Assembly: GCA_045645385.1 (NCBI GenBank) | Contig: JAZRIT010000062.1 | Location: 25,088 to 89,087, forward strand | From: Faecousia sp. | GTDB taxonomy: Bacteria > Bacillota > Clostridia > Oscillospirales > Oscillospiraceae | Direction: 5' to 3' | DNA: 64,000 nt | Shown: positions 9,873 to 19,649 of the stretch, piece after piece | How the letters are laid out: each line of letters opens with the position of its first letter | Numbering within the stretch: the first letter of the stretch is position 1 | The notes under the pieces: model-generated | What the model was told of the DNA's origin: nothing | Database searches by the model: none | What the model saw: only the letters and a program-made list of their open reading frames with translations | Translations under genes and position numbers: made by a program

Positions 9873-11306
9873 ATGAAAGCGTTTATGGATAAGGATTTCC
9901 TGCTGGAAACGGAAACTGCCAAGCACCTGTTCCACGATTTTGCCGAAAAGCTCCCCCTTGTGGACTACCATTGCCACCTGAACCCCCGGGAGATCTTCGA
10001 GGACAAGCGCTTCCGGGATATGACCGAGCTGTGGCTGGGCGGCGAGAATCCCGACGGCACTTTCGCCGGCGACCACTATAAATGGCGCGTGATGCGCTCG
10101 GCCGGTGTGGAAGAATGCTATATCACCGGCAATAAGCCCCCCTATGAGCGATTCCTGAAATTTGCCCAGGCCTTGGAAATGGCCATCGGCAACCCTATGT
10201 ATCACTGGTGTCATTTAGAGCTGCAGCAATTTTTCGGCATTACCGAGCCGCTGACAGAGGAATCCGCCCCCCGGATCTGGGAGGCCTGCAACGATAAGCT
10301 GCAAAATGTCCCGGAATTCTCCGCCCGGCGTCTGATCCGCAAGGCAAATGTTGCCTTCATCGGCACTACCGACGATCCCATTGACGATCTGCAATGGCAC
10401 GAAAAAATTGCCGCTGACCCCACCATTTCCGTTGTGGTCGGTCCTTCCTACCGCCCCGACAAGGCGGTCAACATCCACAAGGCCGGCTGGAAGGAATACA
10501 TCGCCCAGCTCGCTGCCTCTGTCGGCAAGACCTCTCTGTCCACTATGACCGAAGTGCTGGACGCGCTGACAGAGCGCCTGGAGTATTTCCACGCCCGGGG
10601 CTGCAAGGCCAGCGACCACGGGTTGGACTATGTCCCCTATCAGAATTACACTGTGGAACAGGCAGATGCTGTCTATCAGAAAGCCCTGGGGGGTGAAGCG
10701 CTGACCGCCGAAGAGGTGGAGGGCTTCCAGACGGTGATCTTGCTCCACTTGGGCAAGGCCTATGCCCGGCTGAATATTGCCATGCAGCTGCACTACTCCT
10801 GCCTGCGGAACAACAACCAGCGGATCTTTAAGGCCCAGGGCCCGGACACCGGCGTGGATGCCATCGCCCAGAACACCTGCGGCGGCAACATCTCCCGTCT
10901 TCTGTCCGATCTGGATGAGGCCGGTGCTTGCCCCAAGACCATTTTGTACTCCCTGAATCCTGCCGACAATGCCCAGCTGGGCACACTGATCGGCTGCTTC
11001 CAGGACGCCACCGTCCCCGGCAAGATCCAGCACGGCTCTGCCTGGTGGTTTAATGACAACAAAGTGGGTATGACCGATCAGATGATCTCCCTGGGCAATT
11101 TGGGACTTTTGGGCAATTTCGTGGGTATGCTCACCGACTCCCGCTCCTTCCTCAGCTATGCCCGGCACGATTATTTCCGCCGGATCCTGTGCAATCTGGT
11201 TGGTTCTTGGGTGGAAAACGGCGAGTATCCCAACATTGATTCTTCTTTGAAGAAAATCATCGAAGGTGTCAGCTACCGCAACGCCGCAAGATATTTTGAT
11301 CTGTAA
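9873..11306 (+). CDS. uxaC: Uronate (glucuronate) isomerase
   Basis: DYHCHL, GDHYKWRVMR, NPMYHWCHLEL, GSAWWFND, GMLTDSRSFLSY. Confidence 0.96.
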   Translation: MKAFMDKDFLLETETAKHLFHDFAEKLPLVDYHCHLNPREIFEDKRFRDMTELWLGGENPDGTFAGDHYKWRVMRSAGVEECYITGNKPPYERFLKFAQALEMAIGNPMYHWCHLELQQFFGITEPLTEESAPRIWEACNDKLQNVPEFSARRLIRKANVAFIGTTDDPIDDLQWHEKIAADPTISVVVGPSYRPDKAVNIHKAGWKEYIAQLAASVGKTSLSTMTEVLDALTERLEYFHARGCKASDHGLDYVPYQNYTVEQADAVYQKALGGEALTAEEVEGFQTVILLHLGKAYARLNIAMQLHYSCLRNNNQRIFKAQGPDTGVDAIAQNTCGGNISRLLSDLDEAGACPKTILYSLNPADNAQLGTLIGCFQDATVPGKIQHGSAWWFNDNKVGMTDQMISLGNLGLLGNFVGMLTDSRSFLSYARHDYFRRILCNLVGSWVENGEYPNIDSSLKKIIEGVSYRNAARYFDL

Positions 11307-11312
11307 ATAAAC

Positions 11313-11352
11313 AGCAATGCTCCCCGGTGCATTTCACCGGGGAGCATTGTTT
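11313..11352. terminator. Bidirectional terminator between uxaC and the amidohydrolase
   Basis: CAATGCTCCCCGGTG-CATTT-CACCGGGGAGCATTG between convergent genes. Confidence 0.75.
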
Positions 11353-11354
11353 CT

Positions 11355-12533
11355 TTACTGATTTAAAAAATCTTCTGCGATTTGGGCATACAGGGCAACT
11401 GCGTAGGCCAGGGCCTCCGGGTCCAGCTGGAATTTTGCATTGTGCAAGGGATAGTATTTCTCAGCCTTGGGGTCGCCAACGCCAAAGCGGTAGTAGCAGC
11501 CGGGGGCTTGCTCGGAAAAGTAACCGAAGTCCTCCGCGCCCATGCCCGGGGGATTGGTCAGGACATTTTCCTTGCCGAAGATCTTGGCGGCGGCCTCACG
11601 CATAAGCTGGGTCATTTCCGGGTCGTTGACAGAGGCGGTATAGCCGTCACGCATATCGATCTCCGCTTTCACACCCATTGCATCGGCAATGCCGTTTACG
11701 ATCTGATAAAAATCCTTTTTTGCTCTGGCGCGGATCTCCGGGGTCTGTGTGCGCAAGATTCCGTCGATCTTTACAGTCTCCGGCATAATGCTGCCGTTGC
11801 CCTCGATACCGCCGTGGATCGCACCTACAGTCAAAAGAACGGCGTCGGTGGGATTGGTACGACGGCTGCAGATGGTCTGCAGGGCGGTAACTACCTGGCA
11901 GGCGGCCACGATGGAGTCCGTGCCGTTCTGGGGCTGGGCGCCGTGGGTGCCTTTACCCCGGAAGGTCACTGTAAAGGGGTTACTGGCTGCGCTCATAGAG
12001 CCGTCCCGGACGGTGACCTGACCCAAGGGAATGGTGACCGAGTGGCCGAAAAACACCGCGTCCACCTTGGGATTTTCCATACAACCGGCCTTCACCATCC
12101 GCTCTGCGCCGCCGTCGCCCTCCTCATTGGGCTGGAACAGCAGCTTCACATTGCCCCGCAGCGTGTCCTTGTGGGCCACAAACCATTTGGCAACACCCAG
12201 CAGTGCGGTGGTGTGCAGATCGTGGCCGCAGGCGTGCATCACGCCGGGAACCTGGGATTTGTAAGGCAGGTCAGTTTCCTCCTGGATGGGCAGGGCATCC
12301 ATATCCCCACGGAAAGCAACGGTCTTTCCCGGTTTTCCGCCATAAATGGTGGCCACTACGCCGGTGTCGGCGATCTTTTCGCCCCGGATGCCCATTTTTT
12401 CCAGTTCGGAGAGCACCAGTGCCTGGGTTTTATATTCCTGCCTGCCCAGCTCCGGGTTTTGGTGGATCTGAAAGAAAATCTCCTTCAGCCATGGCAGCAT
12501 CTCTTTGGCTTCCAGTACAAATTTATTGTCCAT
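11355..12533 (-). CDS. M20D family amidohydrolase
   Basis: HQNPELG, RGDMDALP, MHACGHD, FQPNEEG, GAEDF, LHNAKF. Confidence 0.9.
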   Translation of the reverse strand: MDNKFVLEAKEMLPWLKEIFFQIHQNPELGRQEYKTQALVLSELEKMGIRGEKIADTGVVATIYGGKPGKTVAFRGDMDALPIQEETDLPYKSQVPGVMHACGHDLHTTALLGVAKWFVAHKDTLRGNVKLLFQPNEEGDGGAERMVKAGCMENPKVDAVFFGHSVTIPLGQVTVRDGSMSAASNPFTVTFRGKGTHGAQPQNGTDSIVAACQVVTALQTICSRRTNPTDAVLLTVGAIHGGIEGNGSIMPETVKIDGILRTQTPEIRARAKKDFYQIVNGIADAMGVKAEIDMRDGYTASVNDPEMTQLMREAAAKIFGKENVLTNPPGMGAEDFGYFSEQAPGCYYRFGVGDPKAEKYYPLHNAKFQLDPEALAYAVALYAQIAEDFLNQ

Positions 12534-13446
12534 TGCTTACCTCCTGTTTTTTTCGGACGGCAAGGGCATCCACCAGCTCCGGGATCACCGCAGAGAGGAA
12601 GATAATGCCGCCGCCGATGACCAGCTTTGTGGTGAGCTTGTCGATACCCACCCAAACGGAAATGATACCGGTAATCACTGCGTAACAGGGGCTTACCGTT
12701 GCCACAGTCACCGGGTCGATGTGCCGGATGGCCTCGGTGCGCAGCAGCCAGCACAGGGCCACATCCACCAGGCCAAACACCGCCGCCAAAAGTAACATCG
12801 GCCAGCCACCGGTGATTTTTACCGATTCGATGGCCGTCACATCCAGGCCCACCGCCAGCAGCACGGACACCAGGAAATATGCGGTCATATACACCACCAT
12901 AAACAGGATCACATCCATATCCTTGGTGTAGGCACCGATGGCCGCCACGCAAACACCGATCAAAACGCCGGACAGCAGGCAAAGCCCATCGCCGATGCCG
13001 ATACCGCTTCCCCCGGACAGGCTGACACCGCACATAATAAAGCAGCCGATCAGGCAGGATACACCGGCGATGCCCTGGATCAGTTTGGGTTTCTTCCGCA
13101 CAAAGACGAACATCATCACCGGCACTACAATGCAGGATATATTCTCAAAAAACGCATAATTGGCAGGGGTGGTGTACTGCAGGCCGATGCGGTTGAGTAC
13201 ATTGGCAAAGGCATTGACCGCGCAGATGGGCACGACCACCTTGAGGAATTTTTTATCGATTTTCTTCAGCCGTTTTCCCGCAATCACCCAAAAGAAAATT
13301 GCAGAGAAAAATGTCATAATACCGGTCAGCACCGCTGCGGAGTAATAGCGGTAAAAATAGGTATAGAGCACCGAGGATATGCCCCAAAACACCACTACAA
13401 ACACAAGCGCTGCATAATAGACCCAGCGGGGTCGTTTGGAATCCAT
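12523..13446 (-). CDS. EamA/DMT family transporter
   Basis: About 10 hydrophobic helices in two repeats, WG motif, GLQYTT; overlaps the amidohydrolase start. Confidence 0.85.
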   Translation of the reverse strand: MDSKRPRWVYYAALVFVVVFWGISSVLYTYFYRYYSAAVLTGIMTFFSAIFFWVIAGKRLKKIDKKFLKVVVPICAVNAFANVLNRIGLQYTTPANYAFFENISCIVVPVMMFVFVRKKPKLIQGIAGVSCLIGCFIMCGVSLSGGSGIGIGDGLCLLSGVLIGVCVAAIGAYTKDMDVILFMVVYMTAYFLVSVLLAVGLDVTAIESVKITGGWPMLLLAAVFGLVDVALCWLLRTEAIRHIDPVTVATVSPCYAVITGIISVWVGIDKLTTKLVIGGGIIFLSAVIPELVDALAVRKKQEVSNGQ

Positions 13447-13544
13447 TTTTCCACCTTCTTTCTGCCTATACCATAGCACAGGACTTGACATTTTTGGTAA
13501 GAAGATTCATAATAGTGATGTGAATTTTTTTCATAACAGAAAGG

Positions 13545-14408
13545 GTGTTTTCTGTGGATACATTTAAGATCAAAGCCATATTGGCCGCGGTGCAGCACCA
13601 GAGTCTGTCCCGGGCCGCGGAGGATTTTTCCTATACCCCCTCCGCCTTTTCCCATATGACCGCCGCCTTTGAAAAGGAACTGGGGGTGCAGCTGTTCCGC
13701 CGCCACTCCAAGGGCGTGGAGCTGACGGACGCGGGCAAAGCGTTGTACCCCAAGCTGCAGGCAATGCTGCAAAGTGAAAAAGACCTGCTGGACACTGCCG
13801 CGGAATTGGCAGGTCACACCGGTCCTGCCCTGCGGATCGCCACCTACTCCAGTATCTCCCGGAATTTCCTGTCGGATATTCTGAAGGAATTTAAAAAGCA
13901 GTATCCCGAGATCCGGATATCCGTCACGGTTTCAGACAATTTGGCGGGCTGGCTGCAGGAGGATCGGGCGGATATTCTCTTTGCCGATACCCCGGCCTTT
14001 GGGGATAACGAATGGACCGCCATTATAGAGGATCGGTTTCTGGCGGTTGCGCCGCAAAATATGGTGGGCGACCGGAGGATCATTACCCGGGAGGAATTGT
14101 ACGAATATCCGCAGATCTTCACCGATGACCGGCCTCTGCGGGAATATTTTGATGTCTCCCGGTTCAAGGAGCTGACCCGGTTCCATTCCGAGGATGATCT
14201 GTCTGTGGTGAATATGGTGCGCACCGGCTTGGGGATCACCATTCTGCCGGCGCTGGCGCTGAAGGGCAATGCCGATGGCACGGCTTTACTGGAACTGGAT
14301 CCGCCTCTGAAACGGACCCTGGGTTTCGGTTACAAGAAAGGCCGGAAGAAGTCCCCCGCCCTCTCCTGTTTTATACAATTCATTTCCAACTATTCTTTTG
14401 CAAAATAA
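13545..14408 (+). CDS. LysR family transcriptional regulator
   Basis: SLSRAAEDFSYTPSAFSH...LGVQLFRR...LTDAG HTH; divergent from the EamA gene. Confidence 0.93.
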   Translation: MFSVDTFKIKAILAAVQHQSLSRAAEDFSYTPSAFSHMTAAFEKELGVQLFRRHSKGVELTDAGKALYPKLQAMLQSEKDLLDTAAELAGHTGPALRIATYSSISRNFLSDILKEFKKQYPEIRISVTVSDNLAGWLQEDRADILFADTPAFGDNEWTAIIEDRFLAVAPQNMVGDRRIITREELYEYPQIFTDDRPLREYFDVSRFKELTRFHSEDDLSVVNMVRTGLGITILPALALKGNADGTALLELDPPLKRTLGFGYKKGRKKSPALSCFIQFISNYSFAK

Positions 14409-14440
14409 AAATTCCGGTCTGCATAACAGACCGGAATTTT

Positions 14441-15121
14441 TTACAGTTCTTCCATATACACAACGCCGGGGTTTTCCAGGACCAGTTCCAAAACGCCCTC
14501 GTGACGGCCGCGTTTTTTTGCCTTCAGCGTTGCGATATAAGAACGGCTGTTATCGGATTCGGACTCTTGCTCCCGCTGGACATTATAGATCTCAACATCC
14601 TGCTCCCGGATAGACCGGAGAAAATCGCCCAAAGACACATTGGCGGACAGTTCAAAATAGATCTCCATCTGTCTGCTCTTTCGGTGCATACTGTTATCCA
14701 TCTTTTGCAGCATCGTCATAACAAAGAACACCGCAAAGCCGCCGATAAAGGCCGCCTCATAAAAACCGATGCCCAGCGCCAGACCCACGCCGGCAGAGGT
14801 CCAGAGGCCTGCCGCGGTGGTCAGACCCTTGATCTGATTGCGGCGGGTGACGATGATGGTGCCTGCACCCAAAAAGCCGATGCCGCTGACCACCTGGGCG
14901 CCCATACGCACCGGGTCGCCGGTATCAAAAAACTGATACACATACTGATTGGTTAACATAACCAGGCAGGCGCCCACACACACCAGCATATAAGTACGCA
15001 TACCGGCGGGGCGCTTTTTCATTCCCCGTTCCAGACCCAGCAGACCGCCGATGAGAACGGCCGCCAGAATCCGCAAGGTCACACCTAAATATGTAAGCTC
15101 CCGAATTTCCATAACTTTCAC
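14441..15121 (-). CDS. MgtC/SapB family membrane protein
   Basis: GLERG..PAGMRT, DPVRMGAQVVSGIGFLGAG, GLTTAA. Confidence 0.92.
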   Translation of the reverse strand: MKVMEIRELTYLGVTLRILAAVLIGGLLGLERGMKKRPAGMRTYMLVCVGACLVMLTNQYVYQFFDTGDPVRMGAQVVSGIGFLGAGTIIVTRRNQIKGLTTAAGLWTSAGVGLALGIGFYEAAFIGGFAVFFVMTMLQKMDNSMHRKSRQMEIYFELSANVSLGDFLRSIREQDVEIYNVQREQESESDNSRSYIATLKAKKRGRHEGVLELVLENPGVVYMEEL

Positions 15122-15152
15122 CTCATACTATTTCTATGTCTTTCTGCCGGGA

Positions 15153-15521
15153 TCATTCCACCGCGATGGCCTCGATCTCACACAGCACGCCCTTGGGAAG
15201 ACTCTTGGCCGCCACGCAGCTGCGGGCAGGCTTACTGACAAAATACCGGGCGTACACCTCATTAAATTCCGCGAAATCCGCTATATCCGCTAAGAAGCAG
15301 GTGGTCTTGACCACCTTGGAAAAATCCGCGCCGGCAGCCTGCAGGATCGCGCCGACATTTTTACAGCTTTGTTCTGCCTGGGCGGCGATGCCGGCGGGGA
15401 TCTCGCCAGTGGCCGGGTCTACCGGGATCTGTCCCGAGGTAAAGACCAGGCCGTTTACCGCACAGCCCTGGCTGTAGGGGCCGATGGCCCCGGGGGCATT
15501 TTTCGTTTCAATAATCTTCAT
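15153..15521 (-). CDS. ridA: RidA family enamine/imine deaminase
   Basis: APGAIGPYSQG, SGQIP, FNEVYA, PARSCV, LPKG..EIEAIA. Confidence 0.92.
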   Translation of the reverse strand: MKIIETKNAPGAIGPYSQGCAVNGLVFTSGQIPVDPATGEIPAGIAAQAEQSCKNVGAILQAAGADFSKVVKTTCFLADIADFAEFNEVYARYFVSKPARSCVAAKSLPKGVLCEIEAIAVE

Positions 15522-17650
15522 TCCGTTACCTCCTGTTTCCATTCCCGCTCCCGGCTCTGACAGGTGAAGATGATGACCTGCTTCTCCCGGGATGCCTGCT
15601 GCAAAATCTCCAACGCTGCCGCCAAGCGGTCATCGTCAAAGCATACCAGGGCATCGTCCAGCACCAAAGGTGCTTCCGGGGTCAGGGCTTCCGCCACCGC
15701 CATACGCAGAGCCAAATACAGCTGATCCACCGTGCCGTCACTGCGCCACAAAGAGCCGTGGGTGTTGATCTCATCATCCGCAACCGTCTCCAAAGAGAAA
15801 TCCTGCCCCATGGTCAGCTTTTGATAGCGCTGCCGGGTAAGTTTTCCGAAAAATTCCTGGGCCCGGTGGGCGATCTGGGGGGCAAACCGCCGCTGCAGTT
15901 CCAGCTTTGCCGCCTGCAGGGTCTGCTGCGCCCGGACAACGGCCCGGTCATAGGTCTCCAATTTTGCAATACGGTCCTGCAGCTGTTGCTGCTGGGCATA
16001 CAACGCCTCCGCCTGTCCCAAGGTCTCCATCTGTCCCTGGCACTGGCCCAGCCGCTGATGCAGCAGCCGCCGCTGGACATCGTTTTCCGTCAAATAGCGG
16101 TCAGTCTCCGCCATGGTATAGGTAAGGGTATCCTCAAACTGCGGGGGGATTACCTGCTTACCCGCGCCGCTCAATGCCTGCAGCACATCCTCCGCCTGAT
16201 GCAGCAACCGCTGCTGCTCGGCCAGGTGGGTATAGGCCTGCAACGCCTGTCTGCACTGCTCCTCAAAGGCGGCAATACCGGCATTTGCGGTGAGGGTGTT
16301 GATCTTCTCGGTATTTTCCGTCATTTGACGGTCAATTTCGGCCAGCTCCTGCTGCCGGGTCTGTAAAGCCTGCCGGTAGGCCAGCTGGGCCGCGGCATAT
16401 TCTGCCGCCAGTGCTTCCCAACGGTCAGCAGGGATCCCCCGATAGCGGTCGCCAAGTTCTGCGATCTGCTTCTTCAGCTTTTTCTGCTTTCCCACACCGG
16501 CAAGGATTGCGCCAATACCTGCCAACAACACCAATGCACCGCCCACAAGGGACAAAAAGGACAGCCCAATACCCGCTGCCAGCAACACGCCGCCCACAAT
16601 ATAAGGAACAGGCTTTTTCAGATCGTTACGCAGCTGGATAAGCACCTTGGCATCCAGTGCCGCGTCATTTACCACGGTGCCCGGGTCCTTGCCCCGGAAG
16701 GCTTCCGGCGAGATAGGCTCCTGGGGCAGGGGCGGCAGCAGCTGGGCCTTGGTATGCAGCGCATCCCGGGTCTCCCGCAGCTGCTGGGCAGCTGCCATAT
16801 CCTGCCGCAGCTGCTCTTGTGCCGGCAGGTTTTCGCAATGGATCTGGGCTTGCCGCAGGGTTTCCGTTTGCAGATCCCGGCGGGCCTGAGCGGCGGCTAA
16901 TTTTTGGGCATACTGCTGCTGCTCGGCATACAATAGCGCCTGCTTGTGATTTTCCAGCAGCTTTAATTGCTGCTGCAGGCGGGTCTGCTGCTGGGTGATG
17001 CTGCTTACCTGCTCCTGCAGGGAGCGCAGCATCTGCAGCTTATCTTCTACCGCTTTGAGGGCGGTTTCCGCCTCGGGGATGAGGCCGGTTTTATTGTGCT
17101 TGCATTTATTTTTCAGCTTGTTCAGCTTTTCCTGCAAAGCGTCGGACGCGCCGCTCTCGTCACCGCTGGTCACCAGTTCGTTCAGCCGGCGGCGCAGGGC
17201 ATCGTCCTCTGTCACCGGCATCTGGGCGTGACGGATAAAGCCCGCCCGGGCGAACACATTCCGCTCCACTCCCAGCAGTACCTGTCCCGGGGCAGCGATC
17301 TCCAGTTCCGGCACGGGAACGCCGGTATGGGTCTCAAAGGCCTTTACCTCCCCCAAGGGGGTGCGACCCTTGTTCTGCCTCTGCAGGGTGATCTCCCTGC
17401 CGTTCCACAAAATCTGCATAGAGCCGGACATAGGCTCGCCGGACCAGGGGGCATAATGCTCCTTATCCGCCAAATGACCGGCCTTGGTGCGGTCGCCGGT
17501 GTCGATGCCGTAGAGCATGGCCATAATAAAGGCGCACCAGGTACTTTTGCCCCATTCGTTGGGGGCATCGATGATGTTCAGTCCCGGCTCCAGGGTCAAA
17601 TTTTGCCGGGAGAGCTTGCCAAAGGTGGCCGTCATAGAAAGAATTTTCAC
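15518..17650 (-). CDS. YhaN-like SMC/Rad50-type ATPase with a central hydrophobic hairpin
   Basis: Walker A APNEWGKST, long coiled coils, signature-like SDGTVDQLYLALR, Walker B LVLDDA. Confidence 0.85.
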   Translation of the reverse strand: MKILSMTATFGKLSRQNLTLEPGLNIIDAPNEWGKSTWCAFIMAMLYGIDTGDRTKAGHLADKEHYAPWSGEPMSGSMQILWNGREITLQRQNKGRTPLGEVKAFETHTGVPVPELEIAAPGQVLLGVERNVFARAGFIRHAQMPVTEDDALRRRLNELVTSGDESGASDALQEKLNKLKNKCKHNKTGLIPEAETALKAVEDKLQMLRSLQEQVSSITQQQTRLQQQLKLLENHKQALLYAEQQQYAQKLAAAQARRDLQTETLRQAQIHCENLPAQEQLRQDMAAAQQLRETRDALHTKAQLLPPLPQEPISPEAFRGKDPGTVVNDAALDAKVLIQLRNDLKKPVPYIVGGVLLAAGIGLSFLSLVGGALVLLAGIGAILAGVGKQKKLKKQIAELGDRYRGIPADRWEALAAEYAAAQLAYRQALQTRQQELAEIDRQMTENTEKINTLTANAGIAAFEEQCRQALQAYTHLAEQQRLLHQAEDVLQALSGAGKQVIPPQFEDTLTYTMAETDRYLTENDVQRRLLHQRLGQCQGQMETLGQAEALYAQQQQLQDRIAKLETYDRAVVRAQQTLQAAKLELQRRFAPQIAHRAQEFFGKLTRQRYQKLTMGQDFSLETVADDEINTHGSLWRSDGTVDQLYLALRMAVAEALTPEAPLVLDDALVCFDDDRLAAALEILQQASREKQVIIFTCQSREREWKQEVTE

Positions 17651-18687
17651 GGCAGGCGCACCTCCTGTCCTTCCAAAAGCTGGCGGGAGATCTCCGCTGC
17701 CAGCAGGATTTCCTGTTTTTCCGATTCGTCGGCGGATTCCATGGCCGTTTTGAGTAAGCCGAAATACACGCCCTCAAAGCTATCCTCCCCCAGGCTGCCC
17801 CATACATCCACCGGGCGGGTGGTCTTATCCCGCAGGACCAGGTTGGGGATGTGGGCAAATTCCGCCTGCAGGGCGGCAAGGTCCGGGGTCTCGCAGCTGC
17901 CCACCAGGGTCACACGGTAATAATCACCGCTTGCCACCGGGGGCAGGACGCTATTGAGCGTTGCTGCCTCCGCCTGCAGATCATAAAACCGGGGGGTGTC
18001 CAGGGGAACAAGACGCAGATTCGCCTTGTCCTCCAATTCTACAATGTACACACCCTTGACCCCCGGCTCGTCATAGCCACGGCCCATAGGACAGCCGGGC
18101 CAAGCACAGAGGGTTCGGCCTGCTTTGAAGCTGTCAGCCTTATGGATATGACCCAGGGCCAAATAGTCCAGATCGGAAAACTCCACCTGCTGGCGGGTGA
18201 TGGGATTATAGGGAGAATTGATCTGGGTGGGGTCACCGTGGAAGATGCCGATGGCATACTTTTCAGGCCGCTCCGCCCGGAAGCCGGCAAGCATTGCCGG
18301 GCTGTCCATAGCTTCAAAGCCTGCGCCGAACACCCGCAGGTCCAGTTCCGGCACCGCCACCGAGGAAATGCCGGCGGACTTAAAAATATGCACATTTTCC
18401 GGCCAAAGCTCCTTCTGCCAGGGGCTGTCCAGACCGGCAAAATCGTGGTTGCCAGGGGTGATGAACACCGGCACCGCCATAGCCTTCAGTACATCGTACA
18501 GATCCTGATAGGTATGGGGGGTGTACGCGCCGTCGAACAGGTCACCGGCCAGCAGCACAATGTCGCACTTTTCCTGCCGGCAGATCTCAAAGATCTTCCC
18601 GGGGATGGCCGCCAGGGTCTGGCGCAATGCTTCCGCCCCCTGCATTGGGGAATCCAAGTGCCAGTCAGCCGTGTGTAGGATCTTCAT
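17647..18687 (-). CDS. YhaO/SbcD(Mre11)-like metallophosphoesterase nuclease
   Basis: HTADWHLD, AGDLFD, PGNHD, YLALGHIH. Confidence 0.88.
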   Translation of the reverse strand: MKILHTADWHLDSPMQGAEALRQTLAAIPGKIFEICRQEKCDIVLLAGDLFDGAYTPHTYQDLYDVLKAMAVPVFITPGNHDFAGLDSPWQKELWPENVHIFKSAGISSVAVPELDLRVFGAGFEAMDSPAMLAGFRAERPEKYAIGIFHGDPTQINSPYNPITRQQVEFSDLDYLALGHIHKADSFKAGRTLCAWPGCPMGRGYDEPGVKGVYIVELEDKANLRLVPLDTPRFYDLQAEAATLNSVLPPVASGDYYRVTLVGSCETPDLAALQAEFAHIPNLVLRDKTTRPVDVWGSLGEDSFEGVYFGLLKTAMESADESEKQEILLAAEISRQLLEGQEVRLP

Positions 18688-19459
18688 CGCAAATATCCAC
18701 CCTTTCTGCCTTACGGCAACGGCCGGTTCGGCTGTCAATGGTAAACAAAACCGCTTCCATCTTGGTCGGGCCGTCCGCCCAGCGATACCGCTCCGGCACA
18801 TCGCCCATAAATTTGGCAATGGACAGCTCCGGACGGATACCCAAAACCGAATGCTTCGGGCCGGTCATACCCAGATCCGTCACATAGCCCGTACCCTTGG
18901 GCAGCACCTGGGCATCGGCGGTGGGTACATGGGTATGGGTGCCCCACAGGGCGCTGACGCGGCCATCCAGCATATAGCCCATGGCCAGCTTTTCCGAGGT
19001 GGCCTCGGCGTGGAGCTCCACCAAGATCAGCTTGGTTGGGAGCTGCTTGAGAATTTTTTCCACCTGCAAAAAGGGATTGTCCGGCGTGTAGTCCATATGC
19101 ACCCGGCCCTGCAGGTCAACCACCGCCACCGGGCCACAATTCGTCTCATAAATACCGTAGCCCACACCGGGGGTCTGGGGGGCATAGTTGGCAGGCCGCA
19201 AGATCCGGGAGCTGTCCTCCATATAAGGGACGATCTCCCGCTTGGCGAAGGTGTGGTTGCCCATAGTGATCACATCGGCGCCGGCATCCAAAATATCCTC
19301 CGCCTGCTGGGGAATGATGCCCACCACGCTGGCGTTTTCGCCGTTGACCACCACAAAATCTGCCTGGGTCTTCTTTTTCAGCCAGCGCAGACTGCGGCGC
19401 ACCCGTTCCATACCCGGGCCGCCCACCACATCGCCCACTGCCAATACCTTAAAGTCCAT
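18665..19459 (-). CDS. ymdB: YmdB (TIGR00282) metallophosphoesterase
   Basis: GDVVG, NGEN, MGNH, HAEATSEK, GTHTHVPTAD, TDLGMTG. Confidence 0.93.
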   Translation of the reverse strand: MDFKVLAVGDVVGGPGMERVRRSLRWLKKKTQADFVVVNGENASVVGIIPQQAEDILDAGADVITMGNHTFAKREIVPYMEDSSRILRPANYAPQTPGVGYGIYETNCGPVAVVDLQGRVHMDYTPDNPFLQVEKILKQLPTKLILVELHAEATSEKLAMGYMLDGRVSALWGTHTHVPTADAQVLPKGTGYVTDLGMTGPKHSVLGIRPELSIAKFMGDVPERYRWADGPTKMEAVLFTIDSRTGRCRKAERVDICDEDPTHG

Positions 19460-19649
19460 CGTATGCCCCCTGCATTTTAATATCCGTATATTATACACCA
19501 AAAAGCCGTCTCACGCAAGTATTCCCCGCAAAATAACCGCTTGCTGCCAAATATTACAAGGACATTGACTTACCCGATCAAAAATGTTATTATTTATTTA
19601 TATAGGTCCTCCGATCTGAAAGTAACATACAAAAGGAGTGCAAACGGAT

